Origin: Octopus vulgaris
Lineage: Eukaryota
Assembly: GCA_951406725.2 (NCBI GenBank)
Contig: OX597817.1
Location: forward strand, 77,128,001 to 77,192,000
Direction: 5' to 3'
DNA length: 64,000 nucleotides
In this document: piece by piece, positions 25,742-40,047 of the stretch
Position numbering within the stretch: the first letter of the stretch is position 1
Layout: the number at the start of each line of letters is the position of its first letter
The notes under the pieces: model-generated
The model's database searches: none
The model's input: the letters and a program-made list of their open reading frames with translations, nothing else
Told to the model about the DNA's origin: nothing
Made by a program: the position numbers and the translations under genes

Positions 25742-26685
25742 ATTATTGTTATCATTATTATTATTAAAGCTGTGCAGTGAGCTGGCAGAATCGATAGCAC
25801 ACTGAGCGAAATACGTATTACGTCTGATGCTATGTTCTGAGTTCAAATTCTGCCATGGTCGACTTTGCCTTTTTTATCCTTTCGGGGTCGATAAATTAAG
25901 TACCAGTGAAACACTGGGGCCGATGCAATTGAGTTTATCCTCACCCCCAAGCTGCCCTTGAGGTAAAAATTTGAAATCATTATTATTATTAAAGTGCCAA
26001 GCTGGCAAAATCTTTAGCACATCACCAAAATGCTTAGTGCTATTCTTCTAGCTCTTTATGCACTGAGTTCAAATTCCACCAAGATTGATTTTGCCTTTAA
26101 TCCTTTTGGGGTCAATCAAATAAGTACCAGTTGAACACTGGGGTCAATGTAATCAGTTCATCCCCTCCCCACAAATTGCTGCCCTTGTGGCAAAATTTGA
26201 AGCCATTATTATCATTATTCTTTTCTATTCTAGGCACAAAGCACAAAAGTTTTGGGGAGTGGGGCGAGTCAATTAGATTGATCCCAGTACACAACTAGTA
26301 CTTAATTTATTGACCCCAAAAGGATGAAAGCAAAGTCGATCTTGGCAGAATTTGGACTCAGAATGTAAAGACAGACGAAATACTGCTAAGAAATTTCGTC
26401 TGGCATGCTAATGTTTCTACCAGCTCACCATCTTATTATTATTACTATCATTATTATTGAGGCACTGGAGCTAGCAGAATCATTAGCACACCAGACAAAA
26501 TGCTTAATTGACATTTCATCAGTTGATACACTCTGAGTTCAAATTCCACTGAGGTCAGCTCTACTTTTCATCATTTTGTTGTCAATGAAATAAGTACCAG
26601 CCAAGTACTGGTGTCCATGTAATCAACTTCAAACCCCACTTCAAAAATTATTGGCACTGTGCAAAAATTTGAAATCATCATTATA
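25270..26685. mobile_element. SINE cluster: A partial (+), D 25423-25700 (+), A 25770-25990 (+), A 25993-26215 (+), A 26220-26430 (-), A 26460-26685 (+)
   Basis: Repeated GAGTTCAAATTC, CCTTTCGGGGTCGATAAA and AAGTACCAG motifs separated by (ATT)n. Confidence 0.85.
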
Positions 26686-27224
26686 AAAGAAATTTTACTG
26701 GCATCATTAAGGTTCTCATCCATTTTGATCAATCCAAAGAACTTCACTACATTTGACCCCGACCACTTAGTGGTGAACCTCATGGCAGTCAGTTTTAGTC
26801 TAGTTTCTTGAGAAGCAGGAATGCTACAATGAAATATAGCATTTGCATGGAGTTCAAACTAAAAATGTTCACCTATCAGAACCATTTAAAATCACATACT
26901 TGGTTTCTTAAGGGTGTCCTCTTGCACCACTCCTGAACAGTTCGGATCATGAGCCATTGCTCTGAAAGTTATGGGCAAGGAAAAGCATCCTACAGTAGCT
27001 GGAATGCCGAAGGCCATATTAACTTATAAAGGTAACATCACCACTATGGTTTGTGACACAGGAGTTACTACTGGAACCAACACTGGATTAACTATTAAGC
27101 AAAAAAAAGTGCACTTAGATGTTTGTTTTTATTATAACCAAAACAGTTTTACATTAAACTGAAGGATTACTCAATACATAAGGTAGAGTACAAATTTATT
27201 ATTCTTTAACAAGAACAGTTATTG

Positions 27225-27269
27225 ATAGTGACTTCGAAGTTTCAGTCAGTTAAGCCATCATCAGACTAT
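27225..27269 (-). ncRNA. Minimal type I hammerhead ribozyme motif, intact core with weak stem II
   Basis: Minus strand: ATAGT-CTGATGA-TGGCTTAACTGACT-GAAA-CTTCGAAG-TC-ACTAT; palindrome ACTTCGAAGT; predicted cut between 27230 and 27229. Confidence 0.68.
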
Positions 27270-27424
27270 ATATATACCCAGGGGTTGGAAACTTCATTCC
27301 ATTGTTACTCAAAAGCATTACCATATTCAGAGTAACAGTAGAGTGAAAATTCAGCTTGCAGCAAATATATAAAATAAATAAACACCTGTATTTAGTTTAT
27401 ATACACAAGTGTGTATTTATGTAT

Positions 27425-27467
<43 letters not shown>

Positions 27468-27553
27468 AGCACACATATTGAAAAATTTGATAAAATTTTA
27501 TGATTGTTTATCTTGTTTCTTTTGCAATGATGCAATATACACACGTGTGTGTG

Positions 27554-27590
<37 letters not shown>

Positions 27591-28914
27591 CATACACATG
27601 TATGTGTGTATGTACACACAGTTATATGTGTGAGTGAATGTATGTATTTTCTAAAGCATCCCCAACGCTAATCTATTAATTATGTCTTAAGAGATTATCA
27701 ATTTATCAAAGATTTTCCCTACAACCCCACAACCATCCCACCAAAATAAAATATTGCTTATGGGTGAATTCTTCATTTCTTCCCCAACACCTAAAGGTAT
27801 TTGGCAGACAAGACAATATTTTCATAGAAATATTAATTGAAATCCAAGAGTTTACTGACAATTTTACATACAAAGTATTAATGGCATTTTTATATTAGAA
27901 AATATAATAATAAAAGAACATAATTCCTTCTCTTTTCCTTCTTTCCTTCCTTCACTTACTCTATGCCTTTCTCCACCATTGGCCCTCTGCTCTCTCTGTC
28001 TCTGTCTATTTGTCTCTCCATTACTTTCTAAAATACATACAAACACATACAAATTTTTCTGTAAAGATGAATCAACTAAGTAGTGGTGTATTTGCTCTAA
28101 CCTACTGTTCTTCAGCTAGAAATAGCAGCCAGACCTTTCTTGTTTTGAGCAAGGATGGACACATTGGAAGATTCCCCTAATAAGAATAGATGCCATATTT
28201 GCAAGCATTTTGGCATTTTCTTCCAATCATTATTTGACCTGGAGCTAGGCAACAACAATTACATATAAATATATATATACCTACATACATATATGTGTAT
28301 ACATACATGCATGTATGCATGCTACTAGTTCTCATTAAGCTCTCTATATGAGCAGATGTTGCTAAGTAACAATGGATTAAATTACAATTCTTTTCTGAGG
28401 ATCTGACACTTCAAGTTAATTATGCAATCATTTATGTAATAATAATTGCACAACATACTAGTATATGCTTGTGAAACACATGTAAATATTATATAAGCTA
28501 TTTTATAATAAAGAATTTAACCAAATCTATTTGATTATGCTCACAGATTTTCCAACTGTAAATGGAATCTATCGACCCCAAAAAATCCTTTAGGAATAGT
28601 GGGCAGAGAAGACAGGTGGATTGATGGATGTGTGTGTTTGTGTGTGTTATGATGATATTTCAGGCATGTCACTGCTTGAGTGAAACTGTGAGGATGCTAC
28701 TACTCTTTGTTGATGTGAAGGTTGTTGAGTGCTTTTAAAAATCACAGTAATAAATAAACCTTTATCTGAAAGCTAAGTAAGGGTTGGCAACATGAAGAGC
28801 ATCTTCCTGGAAAATTCCACCTCAAACTACTTTCTGCCTAACATATACAAATGATACTAAATGAATGAACAAAAACGTTTGTTTGTGTGTGTATATATCT
28901 ATATATAGAAATAT

Positions 28915-29140
28915 ATCACAAGAAAAATTTCATATAGTGTTACTGAAGGATTTTCACCCACACAGATAAAGTCTTGTAGCCAACTCGTCAGACTCAGATG
29001 CATATAGAGGCTAATGAGCTGTGCACAACGCTTTAGCTTTGTGGGTGTGAAACCTTGGGTAGCTATATATAAAATTTTGTTGTAATAATTACTGCTCTAT
29101 TTTATAAAGTGTGCTTCTTTCTGATATGTTTTTTTATTAA
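28915..29140. mobile_element. Inverted pair of HHR remnants, related to the 2652 family
   Basis: Minus CTGACGA (28985-28991); plus CTAATGA (29011-29017)...CTTTGTGGGTGT-GAAA-CCTTGGG-TA; downstream TACTGCTCTAT also present at ~2750. Confidence 0.65.
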
Positions 29141-30143
29141 CTATATGTGTGTGTGTGTGTGTATTTAAAGTCCATGCAATAATCTTATTCATTATGTTAC
29201 TGTACTGCTATATGTGTACATCTATATGTATACCTGTGTGTGTGTAGAATGCTTAGTGTCAATGAGGTAACTGAATATGTATTACAAAACAGCAGTAACC
29301 ATATGGAATAAATATTTTTTTACCTCTCAACTCTTCTGAATTTGGTTAATTATTGATAAATTATTATATGTAGGTCCTTCCTATGCATGTGTGTATGTGT
29401 GTATAAATATATATATACATACGGAGAGAGAGAGAGCAATAGTAAATGTCTACTTATGAAATGAATCTAATTAATTTCTTACGACAAGATAATAAATTAT
29501 GTGTGGAAATATTATGAATAAATGGAAAATGCAGATAATTATATAATATAAAATCCAAAACGGAGTGACTATTTAGGAATAGACAGAATATATCTATGAA
29601 AACAGGGAAGTGCATAACCAACATATAAACAAAACTGTAATGTAAGATATTTTATAAATGATTATGAGGAGGCATATATATGTATTATACACGTACAGGA
29701 ACACATAACATAATTATTAGAGAACAAATATCAGATTACCACTAGATTATCTGTGACATAATCTGTGATACTGTGGATATTGTATTATCAGTTTGATATT
29801 TTTACAATAACTTGTAGTGATTTCTTAGCATTACGGTAGTATGTAACAAAGTTATGATGTATTATAATTAACAGACTATATCATATTACATATATCTTCA
29901 TATATTCACAGATATGTATGTAAATATTATATTTATGTACATGCATATGTATGTGTGAGTGTGTGTGTGTACATATATATGTATGTGTGTGTATATATAT
30001 ATATATATATATACATATATATACATATATATATACACATTATATATATATACATACACATACATATATATATATACATATATATATATACATACATACA
30101 TATATACATACATACATATATACATACATACATATATACATAT

Positions 30144-30188
<45 letters not shown>

Positions 30189-31606
30189 GAGGTCTAGAAA
30201 TATATGTGTATGTATACACATACATTCACACACATACACACACACACACATACACACATATATATATACACACACAAATACATACATACATACAAATGTA
30301 TGCAAACACGCGCATATACAACCTTCAAATAATGAAAACGCATACACACAAAGTTGAATATCAAAGTGAACTGATAAAAAAAAAAAGTTCAAATATGTAA
30401 AAAGCTGAATATTGATAGAAATAGGAAATAGAAATTGGAGAAAAAAAAGACTGAATTGGAAAAGAATATTTGAGAAAATATATATAAATAAGTAAATAAA
30501 TACATTAAACTGAAGAAAATCACCATTCCACAGGCACCATGCATTTAAGAAACTTTGGTAATATAGAGAATGAGGGATCACAGCCAAATGACCCCAAAAA
30601 TAGACATACATATGTAGATATGTGCATATATGTATATATATATATGCATATATGAATATATATATATGCATACATATTTATATATATGTGCATACTTATA
30701 TATATATGTATATATAAATATATACATATACGTGAATATAAAAAGAGATGAACAGAAAGATAAAGATGATATATACATATACATATGTATGTATATATGC
30801 ACTTATATATATATATACATACATATATATATATATACATATATATATATACATATATATATACACACATATATATATATACATATATATATATATACAT
30901 ACATATATATATATATATACATACATATATATATACATATACACAGAAAGAGGAAGAGAAAGAAAATAAGGTGAGTGAAAAGTAAAATAAAAAAATAAGA
31001 AAAAGCTTCGTTAAAAAAAAATAAGAGAAATTAATCAAATAAATAAAGGTGAAAGGAGAATGCAATTTATTTTTTTATTATTAATTTCTTTTTTTTTTTT
31101 TTGTATTCTTAAAAAGGAATAAAATAGTGTTGTCGTTGTTGTTGCAGGAATGAAGATATATAAATGAAATAAATAAATATATAAATAAATAGAGAAATGA
31201 AGAAATGAAGAGAATCGAAAGAAAGAATGAAAAAAGAAAAAAAATTAAAAACGAAAGCTTGCCTGAGGCCAATCGATACTCTGCAAAAGAACGGAGAAGA
31301 ATGTCACCTGAGAGGAGCGAAGATAGAATTTTTTTGCTTTTTTATATGCTATATTGTTTATTTTTTTTATTTACTTTGCATCTTATTTTTTTATATTTTG
31401 AATTTAATTCTGGAGGTCTCAGAAGAGTAATAATGCACGTGTGCATGTGTACATATGTGTATGTATATATAAATATATGGGTATTTATATATATATGTAT
31501 ATACATATATATATTTATATATATATATATATACATACACATATATATGTATATATATATATATATATACATACATATATATATATGTATATATATATAT
31601 ATACAT

Positions 31607-31645
<39 letters not shown>

Positions 31646-32412
31646 CATATATACATACACATATATATATGTATATATATATATATATATACATACACAT
31701 ATATGTATATATGTATATATATATATATATATATACATATATATATGTACATACATATATATATATATATATACGTAAGTGTACATTGCTATGTATACGT
31801 ATAAGTGTGTAGATATATATAAGTATATACATATGTATGTGAGTGCATATACGTATACATACACACATATATATTTATAAAGGTGTGAATATATATTAAA
31901 AAATGTGGATAACCATGTCCAGTTCTGCTTTTCTTCCCCCCCTTTTTTTACATATAATTTTGAAATTGCTGTAATTTCTATTTGAGTTAACAATAATGGT
32001 GAAGATCATCGGGATGCAAAAAGATGAAAAAAAACAACAATTATAATAGAAAATAAAAGAATAAGTTAAATAGTTGAGGTGATGATGACTTCTTTTATAG
32101 GTCCCAGATTTCCCAGATCTTAAGGTTTCTTAGAACAGGTATAGAATTATGAAATGACCATCATTTTCATCAACGGTGGGCATAATGGCATTTATAATAT
32201 TATTCTAAGCATTAGCAATTAAAAGTACTACCTTTACTGGCACAAAAAATTAAATGTAGAAATTAACAGATATTTATATATAAATATATAAACACATGCA
32301 CACAAACATGCATACATAAACATACAGAACATGGATATTTTTTGTCTATTTATTAACAATAGCTTTTGTTTCAACTAAAGAGTAGTCATTTGATAATATT
32401 AGCCTCATCTAA

Positions 32413-32620
32413 GGAGGCGAGCTGACAGAATCGGTGGTGCACTGACCAAAATGCTTAGCAGCATTTTACATTCTGAGTTTAAATTCTACTGAAGTTGACT
32501 TTGCCTCTCATCCTTTTGGAGTTGATAAAATAAGTACCAGTTGAGTACTGGGGTCAATGTAATTAACCTGCCCTCTCTACCAAAATTGTTGAACCGGTGC
32601 CAAAATGTGAAACCAATATT
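32413..32620 (+). mobile_element. SINE family A
   Basis: GGAGGCGAGCTGACAGAATC head, GATAAAATAAGTACCAGTTGAGTACTGGGGTC. Confidence 0.85.
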
Positions 32621-32707
32621 AGTCTCCTCTCTTGAAAGCTGCATCTCACATCAGCCTGAGTTAATACCTTATACAATAACATTTATCTAGCTAAATAATT
32701 AACTAAC

Positions 32708-32852
32708 CAGGGCTGTCTTAGCAGTAACAAAAACCCCAAGCAAATCAGTGCCCTGGATCCTATATGCAGCATTCATAGATGAGAATTGGGACCTTAGATC
32801 CATCAGGCTTTTAAATAACCATCCAGTGATCCTATGCCTTAAGATGGTTCAG
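32708..32852. mobile_element. hAT-like MITE
   Basis: Imperfect TIRs CAGGGCTGTCTTAG / TTAAGATGGTTCAG; 8-bp flanks TAACTAAC (32700-32707) and TAGCTAAC (32853-32860) differ at one base. Confidence 0.55.
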
Positions 32853-33603
32853 TAGCTAACTAACAAACTAATTATCCAACCCATAATTTATCAAAGTAGG
32901 TTACAATATTAGGTTAGGTAATATAATTTTAGGATGAGACATTTTAAAAAATCTATCTCCACAAATTTTGACACCTGACAGGTGAGCTAAGATAACACGC
33001 ACTGCCAGCAAAGTGGAAACAAACTTGCTTTTTCTCGCTTTGTTATCCAACAACTTAGTCCGAGTAGACAAGATAAACTTTTGTCATCGTCTTTTTTTAA
33101 TTAGAGAAGATAGTCTAATAAACTATTTAATTTTTTTTTTTTTAGTTTTGCAATAACACTGCACTGTAGATTGCTAATCAAGTGGCTTTTTATCCTTAGC
33201 TTTAATATTGTTTGAAAATACCTGCCCTCACTAGTATTAATTCCCAGCCAGGTTTCCCCTCATATCAGGCAAAAACTTGTCAGAGCCTGCATTGTAATAC
33301 AGTTAAAACAACATCTTTTGCTCTTGCAGAAACTAAATTTCTTATCCAAATCATCATTATGATTACTTGATCTATTCACTTGTAATACAGCTTGTTTAAT
33401 ATCTGCTAGCCCAGTAAGCAGAGTTCTTGTACAGAAAAGCTAAAGTCTTAGGGAACTAAGGCCATGACCTAGTTGGTGTTCCCAGCTGAAGCTGTTTCGC
33501 TATGCATAAAAGGTGCAACAGTAAACCACCCCTTTATATTTACATAGCCATTGGTGAGATACTAATGAAGCAAAGTAGGTTGAAATGATGTTTCCATGTA
33601 TCC

Positions 33604-34142
33604 TTTTATTCTTTTACTTGTTTCAGTCATTCAACAGCAGCCATGCTGGAGCACTGCCTTTTAGTCGAAGACCCCCAGGACTTATTCATTGTAAGCCTGG
33701 TACTTATTCTATCAGTCTCTTTTTGCCTAACTGCTAAGTTTCGGGGGAGACACAAAGACACACACACAAATATATACATATATACATAATGTGACCACGT
33801 GTGTACCGTTGGCGATTTTTTTTCCTCCGTCTTTGGATCTTTCCTTTTCCTAAGTTTCTGATGAAGAGCTCCGCTCAAAACATTAAACCCTCCTTTTTTC
33901 CTGAGCGTCCAATAATACTATACTTGTTCCATGTCCTCGTGATGTTGTGTTTTCTCTTTGTGTTTTCATGTTTGGATTAACTATATATATATACAGCAGA
34001 CTTCTTTCAGTTTCTGTCTACCAAATCCACTCACAAAGCTTTGGTCAACCTGAGGCTATAGTAGAAGACACTTGCCCAAGTTGGCACACAGTGTGACTGA
34101 ACCCAGAACCATGGGATTGGGAAGCAAGCTTCTTACCACATG
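33604..34142 (-). mobile_element. SINE family B carrying an HHR element (33790-33985) in its internal microsatellite
   Basis: Family B tail at 33604 and head at ~34000-34142; insert has GTTT-CTGATGA-AGAGCTCCGCTC-AAAA-CA-TT-AAAC (33854-33888). Confidence 0.8.
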
Positions 34143-35036
34143 TAGCTAATATTTCATCATTTTCTTTTTTAGTTCCTGACATGGTTTGGACTAGTGCACA
34201 CCATGTTACTGAGACATTTAAAGAAAACAGAATCTGAGTTTTTGTTTTTTGTTGTACCCTATATAGCGCTAATGAGAAAAGCACAAATGACATTATATGC
34301 AATTTCATTTCTTTGCTTTATCCTCTGTACATTTAAAGTTTTCTGTCTATGTGTGGAAAACTAAAATGCAAGCCAACAGTAAAGTAATTTGCTCATCAGC
34401 ACAATACAAACATTCTGTAGTAGAGTATTAATGAATTAACGAACTTAAAGAACTGGGAATGAAAGTACAAAGTTTCTTAATTAACATAGGTTTGTGAAAC
34501 TAAGTGTCTTTCTCAAGGGTGAAAAAATTAAATAAATAAATATAAGTCACAAAAATACAAAAAAAAGGGGAAAAAAGACATGCAGCACTGAAAACTATAA
34601 AGTAGGTGTTCCTTATATTACTGAGATAACTCATCTAATCTATTGGGTTGTAAAAATAACTAATTAAAATATCTTTCTCCTGGCACACAAACTTATTGAC
34701 TATTGAAAGTAATATTAACTGATTCTGGCTGATGACTACCAACACTAATTTCTATGGACTCCAGTTTGTTTTGCTTCCAACTAAACTAAGTGCAAAACTA
34801 CATGGAAAATGGTTACAATTAAGTACCATCGTTAAGACTCCTCTGAGGAATATGAAAGAAGTATGTTTGCATCATTTGAAAAAAATTATCTTTTTAACAT
34901 TTGATTAAGCAGTATTGTTTACAAATCTAAGAAAAACTTATTTGCTATTATGAATGCAACAATTAAGAAAATTATTCAGTGGATTGTTTTTTTTTTTTTT
35001 CTTTTTCATTATATTATTCAGTTTTGTGAAATTCTT

Positions 35037-35527
35037 TTAACCCTTTTGTTACCATATTTTTGTTGAAACACGCGGCTTTTGTTTTAATTAATTCTGAAAA
35101 TAATGAAGGTTTTAGCAACATAATTTTGGCATTATTAAACTGGTGTTTGGAACACAAACTGTGAAATTTTCATGAACAGTTTTAATTTAAATCACTTTAA
35201 GTTTGTTGAGATCAACTTGCCTGACACTGCCCCTAAGTTCTATGATATAAACTTCTTGTTTTAGAGTGATTTAAATTAAAAATCTTTAAGCAAAATTTTA
35301 TGTTAATCTATGTTCCAAACATCAGCTTCATGATTATAATGGTTTCTGATTTTGGCACAAGGCCAGCAATTTCAGGGGAAGGAGTTAAGTCAATTACATC
35401 GACCCCAGTGCATAACTGGTACTTATTTTATCACTTCCAAAAGGCAAAGTCAGCCTTGGGGAAATTTGAACTCAGAATACAAAGATGGACAGAATGCTAA
35501 CAGTTCAGCCAGCTCGCCACCCACTTC

Positions 35528-35582
<55 letters not shown>

Positions 35583-35734
35583 TAGTTATTTAACTAAATA
35601 CCTCATTATTTTCAAAAATTGATTGTGATAACGGCAGTAAATTTAAACAGGAATGTAGTAACAGAAGCTTAAGCATGAAGTTTATATCATAGAACCAGGG
35701 GTGGTCCCAGACAGAATGGTGTCAAAAAGGTAAA
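35037..35734. mobile_element. Nested piggyBac-like MITEs with a SINE A (35340-35520, -) inside the inner copy
   Basis: Outer copy starts TTAACCCTTTTGTTACC and ends GGTGTCAAAAAGGTAAA; inverted inner copy bounded by TTAA at 35197-35200 and 35669-35672; related ends at ~36120-36152 and ~40310. Confidence 0.7.
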
Positions 35735-38700
35735 TCCTTTTAAAATATGCAAAAGAAAAATCTTTAAAACAAATAAAATGGGTATATAACAAAAATGAAA
35801 AAAAAACAATAACAACGAAAATAAACAAACCCTGAATAAACTGACCAACACATTAGTGTGTTGGTCAAAATGCTTTGTGGCATTTCTTCCAGCCCTTTAT
35901 GTTCTGTATTCAAATCCCATCAAAGTAAACACTGCCTTTCATCCTTTCAGGGTTATTAAAAGAAACTATCACTGTGATGGAATTCTGGAGTCAATGTAAT
36001 CAACTGAACCTTTCCATTGCTGGCCTTGTATCAGAATTAAAAAGAATCTATGTTGCAAATACCAGCTAAAGTTATTTTACTAAATTCTTTATTATTTTCA
36101 AAAAAAAATAAAGCAATGTATTTCACTGGAAATAATGATAACAAAAGGGTCAAAACCAGATCAACGAGGATGAGTCACCTTCAACCATTCCATATTCATT
36201 ATGTGGAAAGAAGACAGCTAGACTGACACGGAATACAATTTGTTCACAGTGAATTCACAATAAATTCTTGAAGAAATTATAAACTTTTTTCTGATTTTCC
36301 TGATAATGGGGCTGAGTAGTAGTCCCTGAAGTCTCTCAAGTATTGGGAGATATTTACATTTACATTGCAGTGTGGAATACTGTGAAGTCAGACACCCTTC
36401 ATTTGTACTAAATCAAAATCCTAATATCCATTATCATACCAAATACAGAAAAACAGAGATAAATTTCAAAATTAACAGATAACTATTCTTATTTTGATGG
36501 AAAGAAATTCATATCTGATGAGTATTTCTTCATTCTTGCCTTTGTTTTACACAAAAAAAATTTATATCTTGTTTAGAATAAAGACTAGTTGTGGGTGGGT
36601 GGGTGGGATGGGTAGATTAAAGCCTGATAATAAGATAATTTAAAGAAAACACAAAATAGATAAATAAATAAATAAACAAATGCATAGAATTTAATCTAAG
36701 GATGAAAGATGAGCAACAGTATTTAGTTTGTTGAAGAACAAAGACAGAACAATAAACAAATAGAGGTTTATCTGGAAATATGAACAATGAAGATAGGGGT
36801 AAAACTGGAAATGCATTCAGCTGGCTCCCCTATACTGGTAGTGGCTGGTTGATTGTTAGGACTTATAAGGATTAGCGGTGGTGATGATGATGATTATCAT
36901 CATCATCATCATCATGAGGTGATGATGCTGGGGATGTGGGTGATAATGGAAATAAAGATGGTGGTGAGGATGATGATAATCATCATCGTCATCATGAGGT
37001 GATGATGCTGGGGATGATGGTGATAATGGAAATAATGATGGTGATGATGATGTTAACAAAGACGACAACCATATTGACGATAACGATAGTGATGAGGATG
37101 ATGGTGATGAGGATGATGATGATGAGGATGATGATGATGATGAAAACAACAACAATGATGTTGATGATTATAGTGACGATGATGATCATGATGATAATGA
37201 TGATCTTGATGAGGAAGATGGCAATGATGGTGATGAAGATGATGACAGCAATGAGGTGTAGTACAAAGATGAATACAAAGAAACCTGTGTTTCAGCAAAG
37301 TATGCATTAAACTAAGAGAAGGAGAGAGAGAGAGAGATCCCTTTTGTCTAAACATATCACAGAGCTATCTTTTCAACAAACCTCAGTCACTCCCACCATC
37401 TTTTTAAAAACTGGCACACACAAGTCTTAGATTTTAAGACTACATAATCGACAATAAAGATGCGATTGCTGCAACTGAGAATGTGAAACAGAAAAGACTA
37501 AATGGATGAGATAAGGCTATTGCACAAGCAGATCATAGATCACAAGCTTACATCCATTGAAAATGAAGTTTGGGTGGGTACCTGGGTAGAACAATTTATC
37601 CCTCATGATCTTACTTCACCTACTCATCGGAACTAAGTAGAACAGTGCTTCTGAAATTGGGTGGAATTGCCCCACCAATATACTCACACCTGGAAGTAGA
37701 GGAAAATTTTTTATGTGGGTACCAGGCACAAATAGGCATTAATGGAGGAGAATATATACATATATGGGTTTCTTTTAGTTTCTGTTAACGAAATTCACTC
37801 ACAGGGCATTATGTTGGCTCAAGGCTATAGTAAATACTTTGTCCAAGATGCCACGAAGTGTGATTGAACCAGAAACTACACTGTTGGGAAGCAAGCCTCT
37901 TAACCAAACAACCATGCCAACACCTAATTCCGGGTTTAAAATTCCACCCAGGGAGACTGTTTGGTTTTCCAGAATAGTAAATATATTCCTATCTGTTTAC
38001 ATCCTCTCATCAATATAACTGACTGGCTTAAAGGCAAAGCTCCAGTGTGGCCACAGTTCAATGACTGAAATTAGCCAAAGGAAAACAAATAAAACGAAAA
38101 TCAAAACTAAAAAAGCCAAAATAAATTTCAAAAAATAACCGGAAGAGGAAGTCGAAAGATACACACACAAAATCTTCAATGTCACACATACATATACACA
38201 CACACACACAAACAAATACATACATGCACACTACATTGGTATCTTATTTGTTTTTGTTGTTTTCAGTAATGGTTTTTTTTTTACATTTTTTGATTTGTTA
38301 TTTCTTATTTTGTTTTTTGTGAGATAATCTTTTAAAAAAGAGTAAACTTTTGTGAAAGAATTTCTCTGACCAACTCTTTACTAATCCAAGGATCTAGTTC
38401 AGAGAAGGGGCATTGCATGAAGATGGATGATGGGTGATGGTGGTGGTGGTGGCGATGGCTGAGGTGGTAGTTGTAACAATGATGGTGACGGTGGTGGTTA
38501 CACTAGTAGTCTTGGTGATGGTGGCGGAGGCAGTGGTGGTGATGGTAGTGGCATTGGTTGTGCTGCTTGTAGTAGTAGTGGTGGTGATGATAGTAGTGCT
38601 GGTGGTGGTGGTAGTGGCGTTGTTGGTGGTTGCACTTGTAGGTGATGATGGTGGTGGTGATGGTGGTGGCGCTGATGGTGGTGATGGTGGCAGTTGTGCT

Positions 38701-39369
38701 TGTAGGTGACGGTGGTGATTGTACTCGTGGGCGATGGCGGTCGCGATGATGGTAGTGGCGTTGGTGGTGGTGGTGGTGGTGGTAGTTGTGCTAATAGGTG
38801 ATAGCAATGATGGTGGTGGAAGTGATGGCAAAGGTGATGGTTGTGTTGTTGTTGTTGTCAGTGGTGGTTGGGCAGAAAGTAGTGAATGTAGAGGTGATGG
38901 CGGTAATTTAGACAACAGCAGAGGACAGAAGAAATCAATGAGCAAAATAGTAGCGGGCAGAAGAGAAGTGGAGCAAGGATGGCAAGCAGGGGGGGGGGGG
39001 GCAGTAGGAATGATACAAGACTGTTAGTGGTGCTGGTAGAGGTGGTGATGATAGTGACAGTGACAGTAGTGGTGGTGGTGGTGGTGGTGAACAAACCGAA
39101 GCTCTCTCTCTCGACTGTCACATTGCATGATAAGTGTGTATCTGGTTTCCTGTTTATCTGCACTGCTTACATGCTAAGACTTGTTGGCTCAGACTAAACA
39201 CATGCAAGCACACAAATCACAGCCACACACACACACACACACACACACATATGTGCATACACACACACACACACACACATAAATATATATACATACATAT
39301 ATATATGCATTCATATATATGTATATATACACATACATACATTCATATACATATATATCTATATACTTA

Positions 39370-39438
<69 letters not shown>

Positions 39439-39501
39439 ATTTACATATATATATATTTATATAGATGTGTATATACATATATATATTTATACATGTATGT
39501 G

Positions 39502-39547
<46 letters not shown>

Positions 39548-40004
39548 CATATATAATTACGTATAGATATATACATACGCACGCACATGTTATACACACA
39601 ATCAGTTTTATACTCTTAGAAGTACATACCCACATGTAGCATACAGCTACTGACATTCAATGGTAAATTTACACAGAATCATTCACACACATACATCACA
39701 TGTACTCATGCATACACACACAGACACACACACAAACACACACACACACAGACACACACACAAACACACACACACACACGCACTGACATGTGAGTGTGTG
39801 GGTGTGAGTACATGTGTGCTTAGCATTTAATGCTATGTTGCAATAGCAGGTTTTATTGTCTTAAATTCTAAAACTTGGAATTGGTAAATCAAGGACAAGA
39901 CTGTAAAGCAACACAGTACACAATGAGGGGCTGGCTGGTTTGTTCGTTAGTTGGCTGTGGGTCAGTGGTTGTGTAAGAATGTTCTGTTTTGACAGAAGCG
40001 GGAG

Positions 40005-40047
<43 letters not shown>

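Noticed and set aside
5414-36525. Lone CTGATGA words at ~5414, 16095, 34730 and 36517
   Set aside because: No downstream GAAA-palindrome-NUH and no stem I, so not hammerheads
39938-39960. TTTGTTCGTT match to the miR-375 5' end
   Set aside because: The match stops at 10 nt and there is no complementary arm
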